From Camelus ferus (taxonomy: Eukaryota): a stretch of DNA of 64,000 nucleotides. The translations under genes and the position numbers were made by a program. Where the stretch lies: contig NC_045707.1 in NCBI RefSeq assembly GCF_009834535.1, positions 50,346,001 to 50,410,000 of the forward strand, written 5' to 3'. Positions 37,423-49,709 of the stretch are shown piece after piece. Below the pieces are notes generated by a model that was given only the letters and a program-made list of their open reading frames with translations, ran no database searches and was not told the DNA's origin. Numbering within the stretch: the stretch's first letter is position 1; every line of letters starts with the position of its first letter.

Positions 37423-40400
37423 GTTTCCTTTTAAAAAGTTCTCTCTTGCTTTATGCCTTATACCTGATGGCTGAAAGCTTGGCAGACCCTGGCCCTTATC
37501 TGTGTCGGGTGCCCAGGGTCACAGACTTCTTACAAGGCCGTCATGCTCACGTATGATCCCATTCTGATCCTCTTGGGAGGACCCTCATGGGAAATACTTG
37601 TATTTTGCCACTGCTATCCCCTGAGTGCAGCTTCTCAACACCTTGAATTATAGAAACTCTAAGAAACACATTCACTTATTCCTTAAATATCTAATGACAA
37701 TTGGGGGCTGAGGATATAATAGAAAAACAACAGAGTCCTTGACTAAATAGAGAACATCCTAGTGTGCAGGCTGCTACGTAAACAAGCAATTAACACTGCA
37801 GAATGATCAGCACTAGAGGGTCCTTAGTGGTCCCTGCTGGCTCAATCCATTTGGAACATAACTGCAAAATTAATAAAACACTAGCATATTATGAATCAAC
37901 TATACAATTAAAAAATAAAATAAAAAATAAAACAAAGCACAACAATGAGTGCCAATGCCATGGTCCACACAAGGGGGATTTGGAGGCCAAGGTGACCTGT
38001 CTAAATGTCAGCATAACCGTAACTGAGTACAGTCACCTGCATCAGCCAGGTATTACAAGTTCACTAATAAGGACCTTCTTAGGAATTAGAGTTTTTCCCC
38101 AGGAGAACATGATGGAAAAGCATCAATGATCAGAATAAGTGGTTTCAGAACACCCACATAGTAAGCCTGTGTGTGTCTAAGTGTGTGTGTGTGCGCGCGC
38201 AGGCAGGGAGCTTAAAGGGAACAGCAGTGATTACAAGAATGGGTTTGGTACATCCATATATTCAAGCTTTTTCTAGAACAGTCTTAATTTTATTATTTTC
38301 TAATAAAATCATTTAATTCTCAATAAATGTACTTATATAAGATATATAATCTCCCTATAAAACTGCATTTGCCAATTTACAAAGATTTTAATCAGTTTAC
38401 TTGTTTTGCCTTTTAACTCAGGAAATAGCATCACTGTGCTATGGTCACTGTCATCCAAGAGCAGATAATGTCCTATCTCAGGAGGGTTGGGCACCCCCAT
38501 AAAATGAAACCTTTGTTCTGGGATCTGGCAGTTGTTCAGCAGAGGTAGCCTACTGCGGCTGCAGTTTTGTCTCCCACTCTCCATGTCAGAGTGTGGACCA
38601 CCCCAGGAGCCCCAACCCAGTGCTCCATCTTTCTCTGAGATAGCTTTACCCCATCTTCTCTCAAGTCACCCTCCTTTTATTTCTCCCTTTTCCAGGCAAA
38701 GTGTGGGAGTAGAAATTAGAAAATGCACCATTTTTCCAGAGGTTGAGTGGTGACTAGGGGATGTTTTTGTTTAAACCTCACTAATCTATTCCAAACAGGT
38801 GGCTTGAGGTTTTCTCTCCCACATCCCTAGCCAACCCTCAACCCTGTCCTGCTCTAGTTTGTGTTTATTGTCACAAATTGTCTGGCTTCTTTCTCTTCTT
38901 TCTCCCATTTAAAAAGATATCCACATCCCCAAAAGAAAGGACCTGAGGTAGGTGTAGAGGGTGCTGATAAGTCTTGAAAGGTCTTATTTGAGACAGACCT
39001 GAAAACAGGGTAGTCACAATCTGGGGGAGATTTGCAATAGTGAGAAGACTGAAATCCAGAGAGAGGGAGAAGAGTGACAGCAACAGGGAGACAGATGATC
39101 TGAGGGCAGCTACACAAGCTGTTCACGCCTACAGGATGGACGGGGAAAGATGGCTGGGGGTTCAATATTGATTTTCAGGTCAGTGCAATGACTCTTCTGC
39201 AGAGAATAAGGAGAATGATGAAGAAACAAAGGTCAAAGTTGTTCCCTAGAGACAAACTGAGAAGAAAACCATCCATCCTCTTTGGCTATAATCATTTCCA
39301 GAAGTTTTGTCTTTTTTTTTTCTTTTCCTTTTCTTTTCTCAACCAATCTACAACAAACTAATCCATGAAGGCATAATTTCATTGTGTGCCTCCATTTCTC
39401 ATTATATTCTGGAGTGCCAAGAGGAAGGCATGGTGACTACCCCCCAAATTTGGATTGTCTGCTCAATCAGGGAGCACATTTCTTTTCATGTCACTGATGA
39501 ACTGACAAAGGGCATTTTCTGGTTTATAGGCTGCCTGTGTCAGGGAAATGAGGGTGGTTGCTTATGATTTAGAGCTGAGTCTGGAAACTGCAGTAACCAG
39601 GCTGACACTTTCCCCACAAGCTGGGCCCTTCAAGGAAGGGAGCTAGGAAGAAGAGCTGCTGGAGCTCGTCCTGGAGAGAGAGGGTACCTCCCAGGAGGGT
39701 CCTTGCAGAATGGAGAAAAGTCATTTTACTTTTCTTCCTAACCACAGCTTTAGCTGTTTTAGTCTCCTCTCCTCTCATTTTGCCACCTCCTTCCCTTGGT
39801 GACACAGCATTGATGAAAGGTAACAGAAGGAAGGATTACACAGAAAGCAAAGAGACCCAGCACATATCTTACTGTGTGTAATCCTCAAAACAATGCTGGT
39901 GGGGTATTACACCTTTCCCCCATTGTCCTGATAAGGAAACTAAGCTCAGAGAGTTAAGTGATGGACCTGGGGTCACTCAGCCAGCAGGGAGCAGAGGCAG
40001 CATAATAACCCAAGTATCTCACTTCCAGTGCAGAGTTTTCCAGTATATTGCCTGGATACAACTCTTGCATGTGACTTTACAAGTTTCTTGGCAATCTAGA
40101 CCATATCGGTTTGTATGCTCCTTATATTTCAGATAGCTCCCAAGAAAATTATAAAAAACAAGGAAAACTTATAAGGGTAAAAGAACTAAGCTTACAGAAT
40201 CCCATACATTCACTATTCTTATCACCAAACAGCAAATAAAGACATAGGAGCTTGTCATTCACGTAGGTCAAATCACAAACTGCGGTCAAAATTTAAAAGA
40301 AAAAGAAAGGAATGGAAAAGAGAAGACACAAGTCAAGAAGGGGTGGGATGGGGTGGGGAGATTATGGAAATTTGAGAATTCTGGTTCTGGAACCTGATTA

Positions 40401-40889
40401 CCTGGGTTTTAAACCCAGCCTCATTGCTTTCTATGTGGCCTTAGGCAAGTTGGCTCACGTCTATAAGTCTCAGTGTTTTCATCTGTAAACTGATGGTAAC
40501 AGTAGTATTTACATCGTGGGTATTAGATGAGATAACCCTTGCAGACATAAGCTGACTCTGTATAAATGATAGCTATTATGGTTTTTACACAAAGGAGCAG
40601 GCAGGCTCTGGTGTGAAGAGCCTCAATCCCTCTTCTCCATCTGGGGTGCATTCGGGGTCTTACAGGCAAGTTCTAAGGACTTCCTTTCTGGAAGGGGAGA
40701 AAGTCATAGACGGAATTTCTTGGCCTTTAATGGAAATAGGAAAAAATGTCAAATGGACATATGTCCAATTTGCTTCCTGCAAAACAGGCGATGCCCTGGG
40801 ATGGAGGAAAGATAGTAGAAAGATAAAAAGAAAGTTCTTTCATCATCCCACCCCTCTCTCCATCCACCATAGCTCCATGGGGAGAAAGG

Positions 40890-41250
40890 AGGTTTTTCGC
40901 TGCCACTGTGACCACAGGCTCCCTCTGGAGCCCAACAGTTGCAGCCTGTGGATCCCAAACGGTCCTCCCTTTGCCTCCGGTTGTGTGAGCGAAGTCCCGG
41001 CCATCTGTAGCTCGCCTGCTGGCCGGGGTCTATTTTGCCCTCGGCCTGGAGCAGGTTAACCTCGACGCCTAGGAGGCAGCTGCTGTTCAAGAGTCTGGGG
41101 AGGGCAGGGGTCCCCAAACAGCCTTCCTGTCCCAGGACTAGGAGGGTTTGAGAGGCGGGTCCGAGCTTAGGCCTGCCCTTCCATCGTCTGCTCGCCTGCG
41201 ACATCTCTCGCCCCACTAGGCAGCTGTGTGCCTGCCCTTGCGAAGAGGAA
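40890..41250. promoter_or_regulatory. CpG-retaining, GC-rich non-repeat segment; candidate promoter/enhancer
   Basis: About 17 CpGs counted by eye in about 350 bp versus strong depletion elsewhere; GC-box-like GAGGCGGG at 41152-41159; E-boxes CAGCTG. Confidence 0.5.
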
Positions 41251-41711
41251 AAAGTGGAGCCTAAAAGCAAACTCCAAAGAATGATTTCTTCTTGTTCTTA
41301 AGATCAGTGGAACGCACCCCAGGAAGCTGATGAATTATTCATTAAGCCTAATGGGGCAGTCACAAGGGAGCATTGCTGAGATGCAATTAAGTGGTGCTTT
41401 AATTTGAGAAATATTTATCGGGATGTAGCGTGTAACATTCATTCATATCTATGTGAAAAACAATTTTATGGTAAATAAGGAGAAGAAATACCAGAGTGGT
41501 TTGTAGAAAAGAAGCTGATTCTATGAGCAGATTTCCTTGGCGGCTGCCGCTGGCCCCTGCCCAGCATCCTGATGTACAAGATCGATTTTCAGCAGAACAG
41601 CAACAGGTAACGTTCGTCAAGGATTTGCTCTGGTCTAGAACTGTATTAAAGCACCGTTTGCACATGTATCACTGAATATTTACCCTCACCCCAACGTCAT
41701 GAAGCAATCTG

Positions 41712-42122
41712 AATCTTTTCCACAAGACCTCACGCTGGCTCATTGCATTGTATTGATGGTATTATGCTGATTGGACCTCGTGAGGAGGAAGTAGCAGCTC
41801 TCTTCTAGCCATTTGGTAAGACACTTGTCTGCTAGGAGGTGGGAAATTAATCCCACAAAAATTCAGGGGTATCCCATCTCAAGGAAATTTCTGGGTTTAC
41901 AGTGGTCTGAGCCGCGTCAGGTTATCCCTTTTAAGGTTAAATTCTCCGTTTCTACAAGTGAAAAAGTGACTTATCACAGGCCTTTTTGGATTAACGCAGG
42001 CAAAGTATACCTCATATGCGTGTGCTCCATCAACTGAGAAAGCTGCTAGTTTTGAGTGGGACCCAGAACAAGGAAGGGTTCTCCAACTGGTTCAGACTTC
42101 TGTGGGAGCTGCTCTGCCACTG
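41712..42122 (+). pseudogene. ERV-L internal pol (reverse transcriptase) fragment, frameshifted
   Basis: Across frames: PQDLTLAH-CIDGIMLIGPREEEVAA / LVRHLSARRWEINPTKIQG..KFLGLQW / GLFG / RKAASFEWDPEQGRVLQLVQTSVGAALPL, matching HERV-L/MERV-L-type RT around the YIDD motif. Confidence 0.9.
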
Positions 42123-43278
42123 TCTCCCCAGCTAGGACACAAATTCCATGATGTGTTTGTTCTCCACGGGAGAGACTTTTCTATTTTACCACTACTGTAT
42201 TCCTAGGACCTCAAACATTACCCAGCAAAAAGGAAGCACTCAAAAAAAGTTACGTGTGGAGTAAATGAACACCCTTTGAGGTAGCTACTGTTATTCTCAT
42301 TTTAGTGATAGGGAGACAGAGATTTTGAGAAGTCAAGTTTACTCAAGATTGTATAGAGTGAATGACAGAACCAGAAACCAAACTCAGACTGGTTGGATTC
42401 AGTAGGACTCTGATGTTCCTCTGCAGAGCAAAGAGAAGCCCCCACATCTTCCTTGAGATCATTTATTTACTCAGCTCAGGCTCTGAGTCCATCTTCCCTG
42501 GCTCTTGTGTAGCTCCTGGGTAAAAGGCATAAACAGAGCAAAATCTGGGATTCCCCCCACAATCCATCTGCCCTGCAGAGTGTGCTCTAGGCAAATCTGG
42601 AAACTCAACATCACTCATGAACTCCCTTTCTATGTCCTTGCTCGTCTTTTTTTGCACCCTGGGCTCCATTTATGAGTTGCTTGGTTCTAAACATAGGTAG
42701 GAATTTCCCCTGTTGTATGGTTTTCTTTCTAATCTATTAACTTTTATTGAATAGTCTTCATGTGCCTGGTACAGTGCTAGATATTTCCCAGGCATTTTAA
42801 TTTAATCAACGAGCATCCAAATTGGTCCTAATATTAGGGGGAAACTTGTAGTATTTCCCAAACCATGGTGTAATGAACAATATTAAACAAGGGCTCTGCT
42901 CTGCCTGGAGAAATCTGAATATTAAGGTAATTTGTGAATATTCACCCATTCATCACATAGATCCAACTCATAACCAAACAGATAGTAAAGAATATGGTAG
43001 TTACTTTGGCTAAGAAAGACAGTCTCTGTCTCTCTTGCTCCCTGATCCCCATTATTTTCATTTATTTTAAAATGCAGGCTTGGGGCACAAGTAACCAGTG
43101 GTGATCCTCTATACGAATGAGACTTGTTAGAGGACTTCATTTCCTAATCACTTTCCCTGACAAGTTACTATAATGACTTGGAAAAATTTCCAGTGTGTGA
43201 TAATACACAGTTGATTTTTATTTCTCAAAATTCACTTTTCCCTAAAAAGTTTTTCTTGTTTCTCACTACCAACCTCTT

Positions 43279-44120
43279 TTTTTTTTTAACATTTTTTATT
43301 GATTTATAATCATTTTACAATGTTGTGTCAAATTCCAGTGTTCAGCACAATTTTTCAGTTATTCATGGACATATACACACTCATCACATTTTTTTCTCTG
43401 TGAGTTATCATAACATTTTGTGTATATTTCCCTGTGCTATACAGTGTAGTCTATTCTACAATTTTGAAATCCCAGTCTATCCCTTCCCACCCTCCACCCC
43501 CCTGGTAACCACAAGTCTGTATTCTCTGTCTGTGAGTCTATTTCTGTCCTTTATTTACGCTTTGTTTTTGTTTGTTTGTTTGTTTTTGTTTTTGTTTTTT
43601 AGATTCCACATATGAGCGATCTCATATGGTATTTTTCTTTCTCTTTCTGGCTTACTTCACTTAGAATGACATTCTCCAGGAGCATCCATGTTGCTGCAAA
43701 TGGCATTATGTTGTCGGTTTTTATGGCTGAGTAGTATTCCATTGTATAAATATACCACCTCTTCTTTATCCAGTCACCTGTTGATGGACATTTAGGCTGT
43801 TTCCATGTTTTGGCTATTGTAAATAGTGCTGCTATGAACATTGGGGTGCAGGTGTCATCCTGAAGTAGATTTCCTTCTGGATACAAGCCCAGGAGTGGGA
43901 TTCCTGGGTCATATGGTAAGTCTATTCCTAGTCTTTTGAGGAATCTCCACACTGTTTTCCACAGTGGCTGCACCAAACTGCATTCCCACCAGCAGTGTAG
44001 GAGGGTTCCCCTTTCTCCACAGCCTCTCCAGCATTTGTCATTTGTGGATTTTTGAATGACGGCCATTCTGACTGGTGTGAGGTGATACCTCATTGTAGTT
44101 TTGATTTGCATTTCTCTGAT
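43279..44120 (-). mobile_element. Young 5'-truncated L1 (ORF2 C-terminus, 3' UTR, poly-A)
   Basis: Perfect 14-bp TSD ACTACCAACCTCTT (43265-43278, 44121-44134), poly-T tail, uninterrupted ORF2 frame. Confidence 0.97.
43599..44111 (-). pseudogene. L1 ORF2p C-terminal 170 aa (open frame within truncated L1)
   Basis: [35 protein letters not shown] (CCHC knuckle)..[35 protein letters not shown]. Confidence 0.97.
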
Positions 44121-45369
44121 ACTACCAACCTCTTATTAGCATTCTCTTAATACTGACGTTCTTAATAATATAATTAATAAGAATAAGAAAAATAAAGGAA
44201 GCTCTTAGTTGTGTCAGGTAGCATTTTACTATTATATTACATATAGTAACTCATTTAATATATCTGGCATCTCTGTGTTTGTAGTTTGTCTTATTACTAT
44301 GCTGTGAATGAGGAAACTGAGTCATAGACAGATTAGGTAGCAAATCCAAGATTTGAAAGACAATATGGCTCCAAGTTTTGTGTTCTTAACACTTGTGCTA
44401 CAAAGTATGATTTTATTACAATAATAAATTTGTAGTAGTGCCTCCTCTGTGCTAGGCATTGTTAGATATCTGGGATAGCCTGCTAATTAGTATCTGTAAA
44501 ACTTTGTAAATATAGTAAGGAATTTAATTGTTATCTATTGATACTATTTTAAGAGTTAATGATTATAGGCACAGTCCCCAGAAGCACTGCAGATAATGTC
44601 TTTTATTTCTAATAAATATCTGTTATTTTGTAAAAAAGCATGTATGTATGTTAGTGCTAATTCTCAACTAATTAGAGCAAGAGTATGGCTCACCCTAATA
44701 GACAGATGAATAAACTTGACCCAGAGAGCCTACATAACTCATCCCAAATCATTCAGCTCTTTATGGGCAGAGGTAGAACATGAGCAAAGTTTGCCTGAGT
44801 CCAAAGCTCACATCCATTTCACCATATCTCACTGTCTCAGAGCGACACCTTGATACAAAGATGAGTTCAAGTGCATATGAGAAAAAATTGAGTGGATTAT
44901 GGGATGATCTAAAGCTAACTGAGTATTTTTCAGACTTTGGTGTCCATCACCAGAAGAGCCAGTTAAAAATTCAGTTGCTTCGAACTCACCCCTAGACATT
45001 CTGCTTCATTGTGTCTAGAATGGGTCCCAGATCTCCTAGGTAATTCTGATGCACCCTGAAGTCTTAAATGTTCACTCCTGAGAGTTCATTGGCAAATTCT
45101 TTTTCAAGGATCTAGAGTAGCAGTTCCTAATTCTGATAGATTTGATGCAGCTGGATCCACTAATATGAAAACAACATATTCTATTGATTAAAAATAAACT
45201 AGCTTCCTCGATTTGTTACAGGAATGTGGTATGGGGGCATGGTGGGGAGATTTGGGGGATTTTCTGAGGAGGTAGGACTTCAGCTCTTGTGTTCTCCTGC
45301 TCTGGCAGGTTCTTTACTGCTCCCTCTCCAATCCCCAGGGATCTCTCCTTTCTCTGAAAACTTACATCC

Positions 45370-45557
45370 ATGGCTTTCAAAATGTGGTTACTGGAAGAGC
45401 AGCCTGAGCATCATCTAGAAACAGATGAGAAATATAAATTCCTCAACCTCACCCCAGATATACTGAATTAGAGATGCTGGAGATGTAACCCAGCTGTATA
45501 TGTTTTAAGGAGCCTTCCAAGTGATTTGAAATTATGCTAAATATGCTGAACCACTAG
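45370..45557. mobile_element. MER5B-like DNA transposon
   Basis: TGGCTTTCAAAATGTGG..CACCCCAGATATACTGAATTAGA..GAACCACT. Confidence 0.65.
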
Positions 45558-45593
45558 CTTGCATTATTTCCTACCAAGCCACCCATTTGGCAT

Positions 45594-46056
45594 TGCATTT
45601 GTTTCCTAGGGCTGCCATGACACAGCACCATAAACTGCATGCCTTAAACAACAGAAATCTGTTGTTTTAACTCTGGAGGCTAGAAGTCCAACATCAAGAT
45701 GTCTGTAGGGTTGGTTCCTTCTGAAGGCGAGAATCTGTCCCATGTTTCTTCCCTAGTGTCTAGAGGTTTACTGGCAATCTTTGGCAATCTTTGGCTTGTA
45801 GAAGCATCGCTCAGATCTCTGCCTTCATCTTCACATAGTGTTCTCCCTACTTGTGAGTTTATGTCCAAATTTCCCCTTTTCATAAGGACACCAGTTATAC
45901 TGGATAAGAGGTCTACCCTACTCCAGGATGAACTCATCTTAACGTAACTAGTTCCATCTGCAATGACCCTGTGTTCAAATAAGGTCACTTTCTGAGGTAT
46001 CAGGGGTTAGGAGTTCAACATACGAATTTTGAGAGGGACACAATTCAACCCATCAG
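45594..46056 (-). mobile_element. MLT1C-like MaLR solo LTR
   Basis: TTTCCTAGGGCTGCC..CTGGAGGCTAGAAGTCCAACATCAAG..AAGGACACCAGT..CAAATAAGGTCAC..GGGACACAATTCAACCCAT; contains TGGCAATCTT tandem duplication. Confidence 0.88.
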
Positions 46057-46339
46057 CCCACAACAGGCACTTTTATCGATAGCTGACTTGTTCCATTGCC
46101 ATAGAAGGTGGACAGAGGCAAGCTCTTCTGTCTCCTGGTAAAGGTCTTTAACTCAGGCTTTCAGACAACTCACCAGATATCCTAGAGCTCTACATCTGAA
46201 TCCATTTTGCTTTAAAGATGGTCAATTTTGACTGTAAATACATTTAATTTTTTTAAACTAAATGGTAGTCAGATTATAAAATGGCTTAAAAGCAAAAATG
46301 CTGTCAAACATTGCTGATACCCCTGTTTTAGGATCTTGA

Positions 46340-46545
46340 TGATAATAATAATAGCTAACATTATTGAGAGCTTACTATGTTCTAAGAAGCATATTAAGTA
46401 CTTTATGTGCATTATGACATTTTTTATTATAACACTTTTATGACCCTATTATATCAATTTAGAGAAGTGGATGCCAAAGCTTAAAATGCTCAAATAGCTG
46501 GCACAAAATCATACAGCTATTAAAGAGTATTCCTGAGGCTCAAAC
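46340..46545 (-). mobile_element. MIR
   Basis: AATAATAGCTAACATTATTGAGAGCTTACTATGTTCTAAG..AATCATACAGCTA. Confidence 0.7.
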
Positions 46546-46817
46546 TAAGTTGGTTTATCAATTGTTCATCTAAAAACTGTACAATACAGCCACTGTGAAT
46601 AGAAGAAAAACATAAAAATGGTCCCTTATTGCAATGTTTTATGGCTTTTACAATTTCATGTGATTGCGTGATGGACTGCAGTCGAGGTAAGTTGACCCTG
46701 TGCTGTTAATTGGAATGTCAAGTGAACATCCTGTGCCTGGCTACTTGAAAACACTGCCCCTGGGGTTCAACATAGCATCTCAGTGATGCAGAATTAAATT
46801 TTTAAAAAGGCACCCTA

Positions 46818-46953
46818 CTCTCTGGTTCTATGATTTTGACTTTTTTGAATTCCATATATAAGTGGGATCATACAGTATTCATCCATCCTGCATATGGCTT
46901 ATTTCACTTGGCGTGATGTCCTCAATAAAGCTGGAAAAAATTAAATAAAATAT
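46818..46953. mobile_element. Short L1 (L1MA9-like) insertion with internal inversion
   Basis: Antisense L1 segment 46818-46923 joined to sense terminal CTCAATAAAGCTGGAAAAAA plus A-rich tail; degenerate TSD AAAGGCACCCTA / AAAGACATCCTA. Confidence 0.7.
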
Positions 46954-47492
46954 AAAGACATCCTAACTGTTGGAGATAAGATAAATTGAGTGAAATGACC
47001 TACATAGACTGTGAAAGAAAAGTCACAGTTCTTTTTTATCAGGGTAGAAAGGTCACACAATTTTCAAGATAACCAAAGGCAAACAAAAAACAATGAGAGA
47101 GAGAGACTTAGGTTCCACATCAGGTGATGCAAGCATCTATCTCTCTTCTAACTCCAACTACTGAAACCTCTCTACCTCATCTCTGATTGACTCTCAGGCT
47201 ACCATAACCCTCTTTTCCCCCTTCAGTAAAATCAGAAACACTTTTATGTTCACCAGGAAGATTCCAACAACACTACTTAAAACTCCTGTGACATACTAAG
47301 GAAATTTATTTATGAAGGTCTTCTCTTTGGGGCTTTCTCCATAGATTGCCTTGGTGAATTTTCCCATAGTTGAACGAACTGTTGATGTTAGCATGCTTAT
47401 CCAGTTTAGGCATTAAGGAGGTCAAAGTCTTGGGTCTGGTTATTTGTAATTGAGTAGACATGTTTGAGAAGATTCTTAGTAGTACCTAAAAG

Positions 47493-47633
47493 CAGTGCTT
47501 CTCAAACTTCAATCACCTAGAGTTGTTGGTAAAATGCAGAATCTCAGGTTCTCACCACACTGAGATGCTGCAATTCTAACAAGTTCCCAGGTGATGCAGG
47601 TAGTGCTGGTCCATGAACCACCTTTGGAGTAGC
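47493..47633. mobile_element. MER5A-like DNA transposon
   Basis: CAGTGCTTCTCAAACTT..TTCTAACAAGTTCCCAGGTGATGC..GCTGGTCCATGAACCACCTTTGGAGTAGC. Confidence 0.8.
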
Positions 47634-47693
47634 AAGAACTTAGAACAGTGGCTTTCAAACCCATCTCCACATCAAAATCACTGGGGCAACTTT

Positions 47694-48485
47694 TCTTTCT
47701 TCCTTCTTTTTGTTTGCTCTAACAGCCTCATTGAGATATAATTCATATACCATAAATTCACTCATTTACATTGCACAACTCAGTGGCTTTAGTTCACAGA
47801 GTTGGGCAAGCATCACCACAAGCAATTTTAAAATATTTTAATCACCTTCCCCCCAAACTTTTTACCCATTAGAAGTGCATTCCTTCATTCCCTCAACCAG
47901 CACCACCCCTCTCAACATTTTAGACAACCACTAATCTACTTTCTGTCTCTCTATATTTGCCTATTCTGGCCATTTTGTATAAATGGAATCATGCAATATG
48001 TGGTCTTTTGTGTCTGGCTTCTTTCACTCAGCACAGTTTTTTCAAGATTCATCCTTGTTGCAGTATGTATCAGTGTTTCCTTACTTTTTATGGGCAAATG
48101 ATATTCCACTGTCTGGATAGACCACGTTTTTATTAATCAGCTCATTGTTTGGTGGATCTTTGGGTTGTTTCCACTTTTTGGCTATTATGAATAATGCTGC
48201 TATGAATATTCATATACAAGTTTTTGTCTTGGCAAATGTTTTCAGTCTTCTTATGTATGTTCCTAGGAGTGGAATTACTGGGTCATGTGGTAACTCTGTT
48301 TAAACTTTTGAGGAACTGTCAGACAAAGCTTCTATACAATTTGACATTCCCACTAGTGGTGTATGAAGATTCCAATTTCTCCATATTGTCACCAACACTT
48401 GCCTTTTTGATTATAGCTATCCTAATGGTTGTGACAGTGGTATTTCATTGAGACTTTTATTTGCATGTCCCTGGTTGCTAATGGT
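47694..48485 (-). mobile_element. L1MB-like 3' end inserted into a MER5-like element (flanks about 47646-47693 and 48486-48605)
   Basis: ATTGAGATATAATTCATATACCATAAATTCAC..ACAACCACTAATCTACTTTCTGTCTCT..TTCCACTTTTTGGCTATTATGAATAATGCTGCTATGAA; MER5-like halves CAGTGGCTTTCAAAC.. and ..CTACTGAATCAGAATCTCTG..CAGGTGATT on either side. Confidence 0.85.
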
Positions 48486-49709
48486 CAGCTTTAAAAAAAC
48501 ATTTATTCCTAGACTCTGCTCCACATCTACTGAATCAGAATCTCTGAGAATTTGGATTGATCTGTAATTTATACTAAATTCTTCAGGTGATTTTAATAAC
48601 CAGCTCTCTGAACTGTGTCCCATCCTAGCAGTTATCTCCAGGGTATCTCCAATTATCCTTACCTTAGCCTTAAGGACAAGTGATTTCAGAATTCTTTGTC
48701 ATGTGCCTTGATAAAGTAGATTAGAAAATGTATTTCTTTTGAGACACACAGATTAAAAAATTGTAGATCTTCCAAATGAAAATGTTTCTGAAGGCCACAT
48801 TGACAATTTTCCTGCTAACAATAGAATTTTCAGCAGTGTGTATTCTTGATAGACATTTGAAAAGGGAGTCTTCTCTGAGCATGCGTACATGACTTTATAG
48901 TTCATTCATTTGAATGGCTAGTCTGTAGCAGCTATGGTTTGGACGCCTACGGAATCCAGGATCAATTAATTGGGTAGCAGTTTAAAAAAGACATGATATC
49001 CAAGACATAGGGTGATTTAGTAGATGTGTTCAGGGAATGGGGAAAAAAGAATTCTTGTCCTGGTTCTAATTTACTCTAGCTATTAGACAAGTCAACTTTC
49101 TCTTTTGTCAGGGTTGCCTCATCTAGTGAGGTAAAAGTAAATTACAGAGAATAAAACACTGACTTGGATAATTGTTTGTGTCCTGGTGTCCACTTTCAAA
49201 AGCTGCCACTAAAATAGATACCATTTATTTATTGAGAGTTTGCTATTTGCCAGATATTATGTTAAATGCTTCCTACATTTCTAGTTTAAACCTTATACCA
49301 CTCCAAGGTAAATATTATTATACCCACTTTATAGATAAGAAAAGTAACATTCTTAGCAGCTAAGAAACTGGCTGAAGGACAGACAGCTATTAAGGTGTAG
49401 AGCTGGAATTTGAAGCTAGTTGCCTTCAGACCTGGCTTTATAGTCCTCAACTTGCCTTACAAGAAATATAACAATGATAACAACAAAACCAAACAGTAAC
49501 CAACCAAGCAAAAAAGACTCCCAAAAATGTGTTTAAAAAATATTTTGTAATCCCACTATCCAGAAAGAAGTAAAGTTCTCATCTGCTGTGTTTCTGCTCA
49601 GTTTCTTTTCTATGCCTACACAGTTGAAGTAGGGACTTTAGTGCAAATGCATTTCTAGCAATCAGTGGACAAAGGAAAGGGGTTACAACTGAATGAAGAC
49701 AGTATAGAT

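Noticed and set aside
43325..43615. Duplicated ORF MSNSSVQHNFSVIHGHIHTH (also 54236-54493) as a paralogous gene pair
   Set aside because: Antisense reading of the same L1 3' UTR in two copies.
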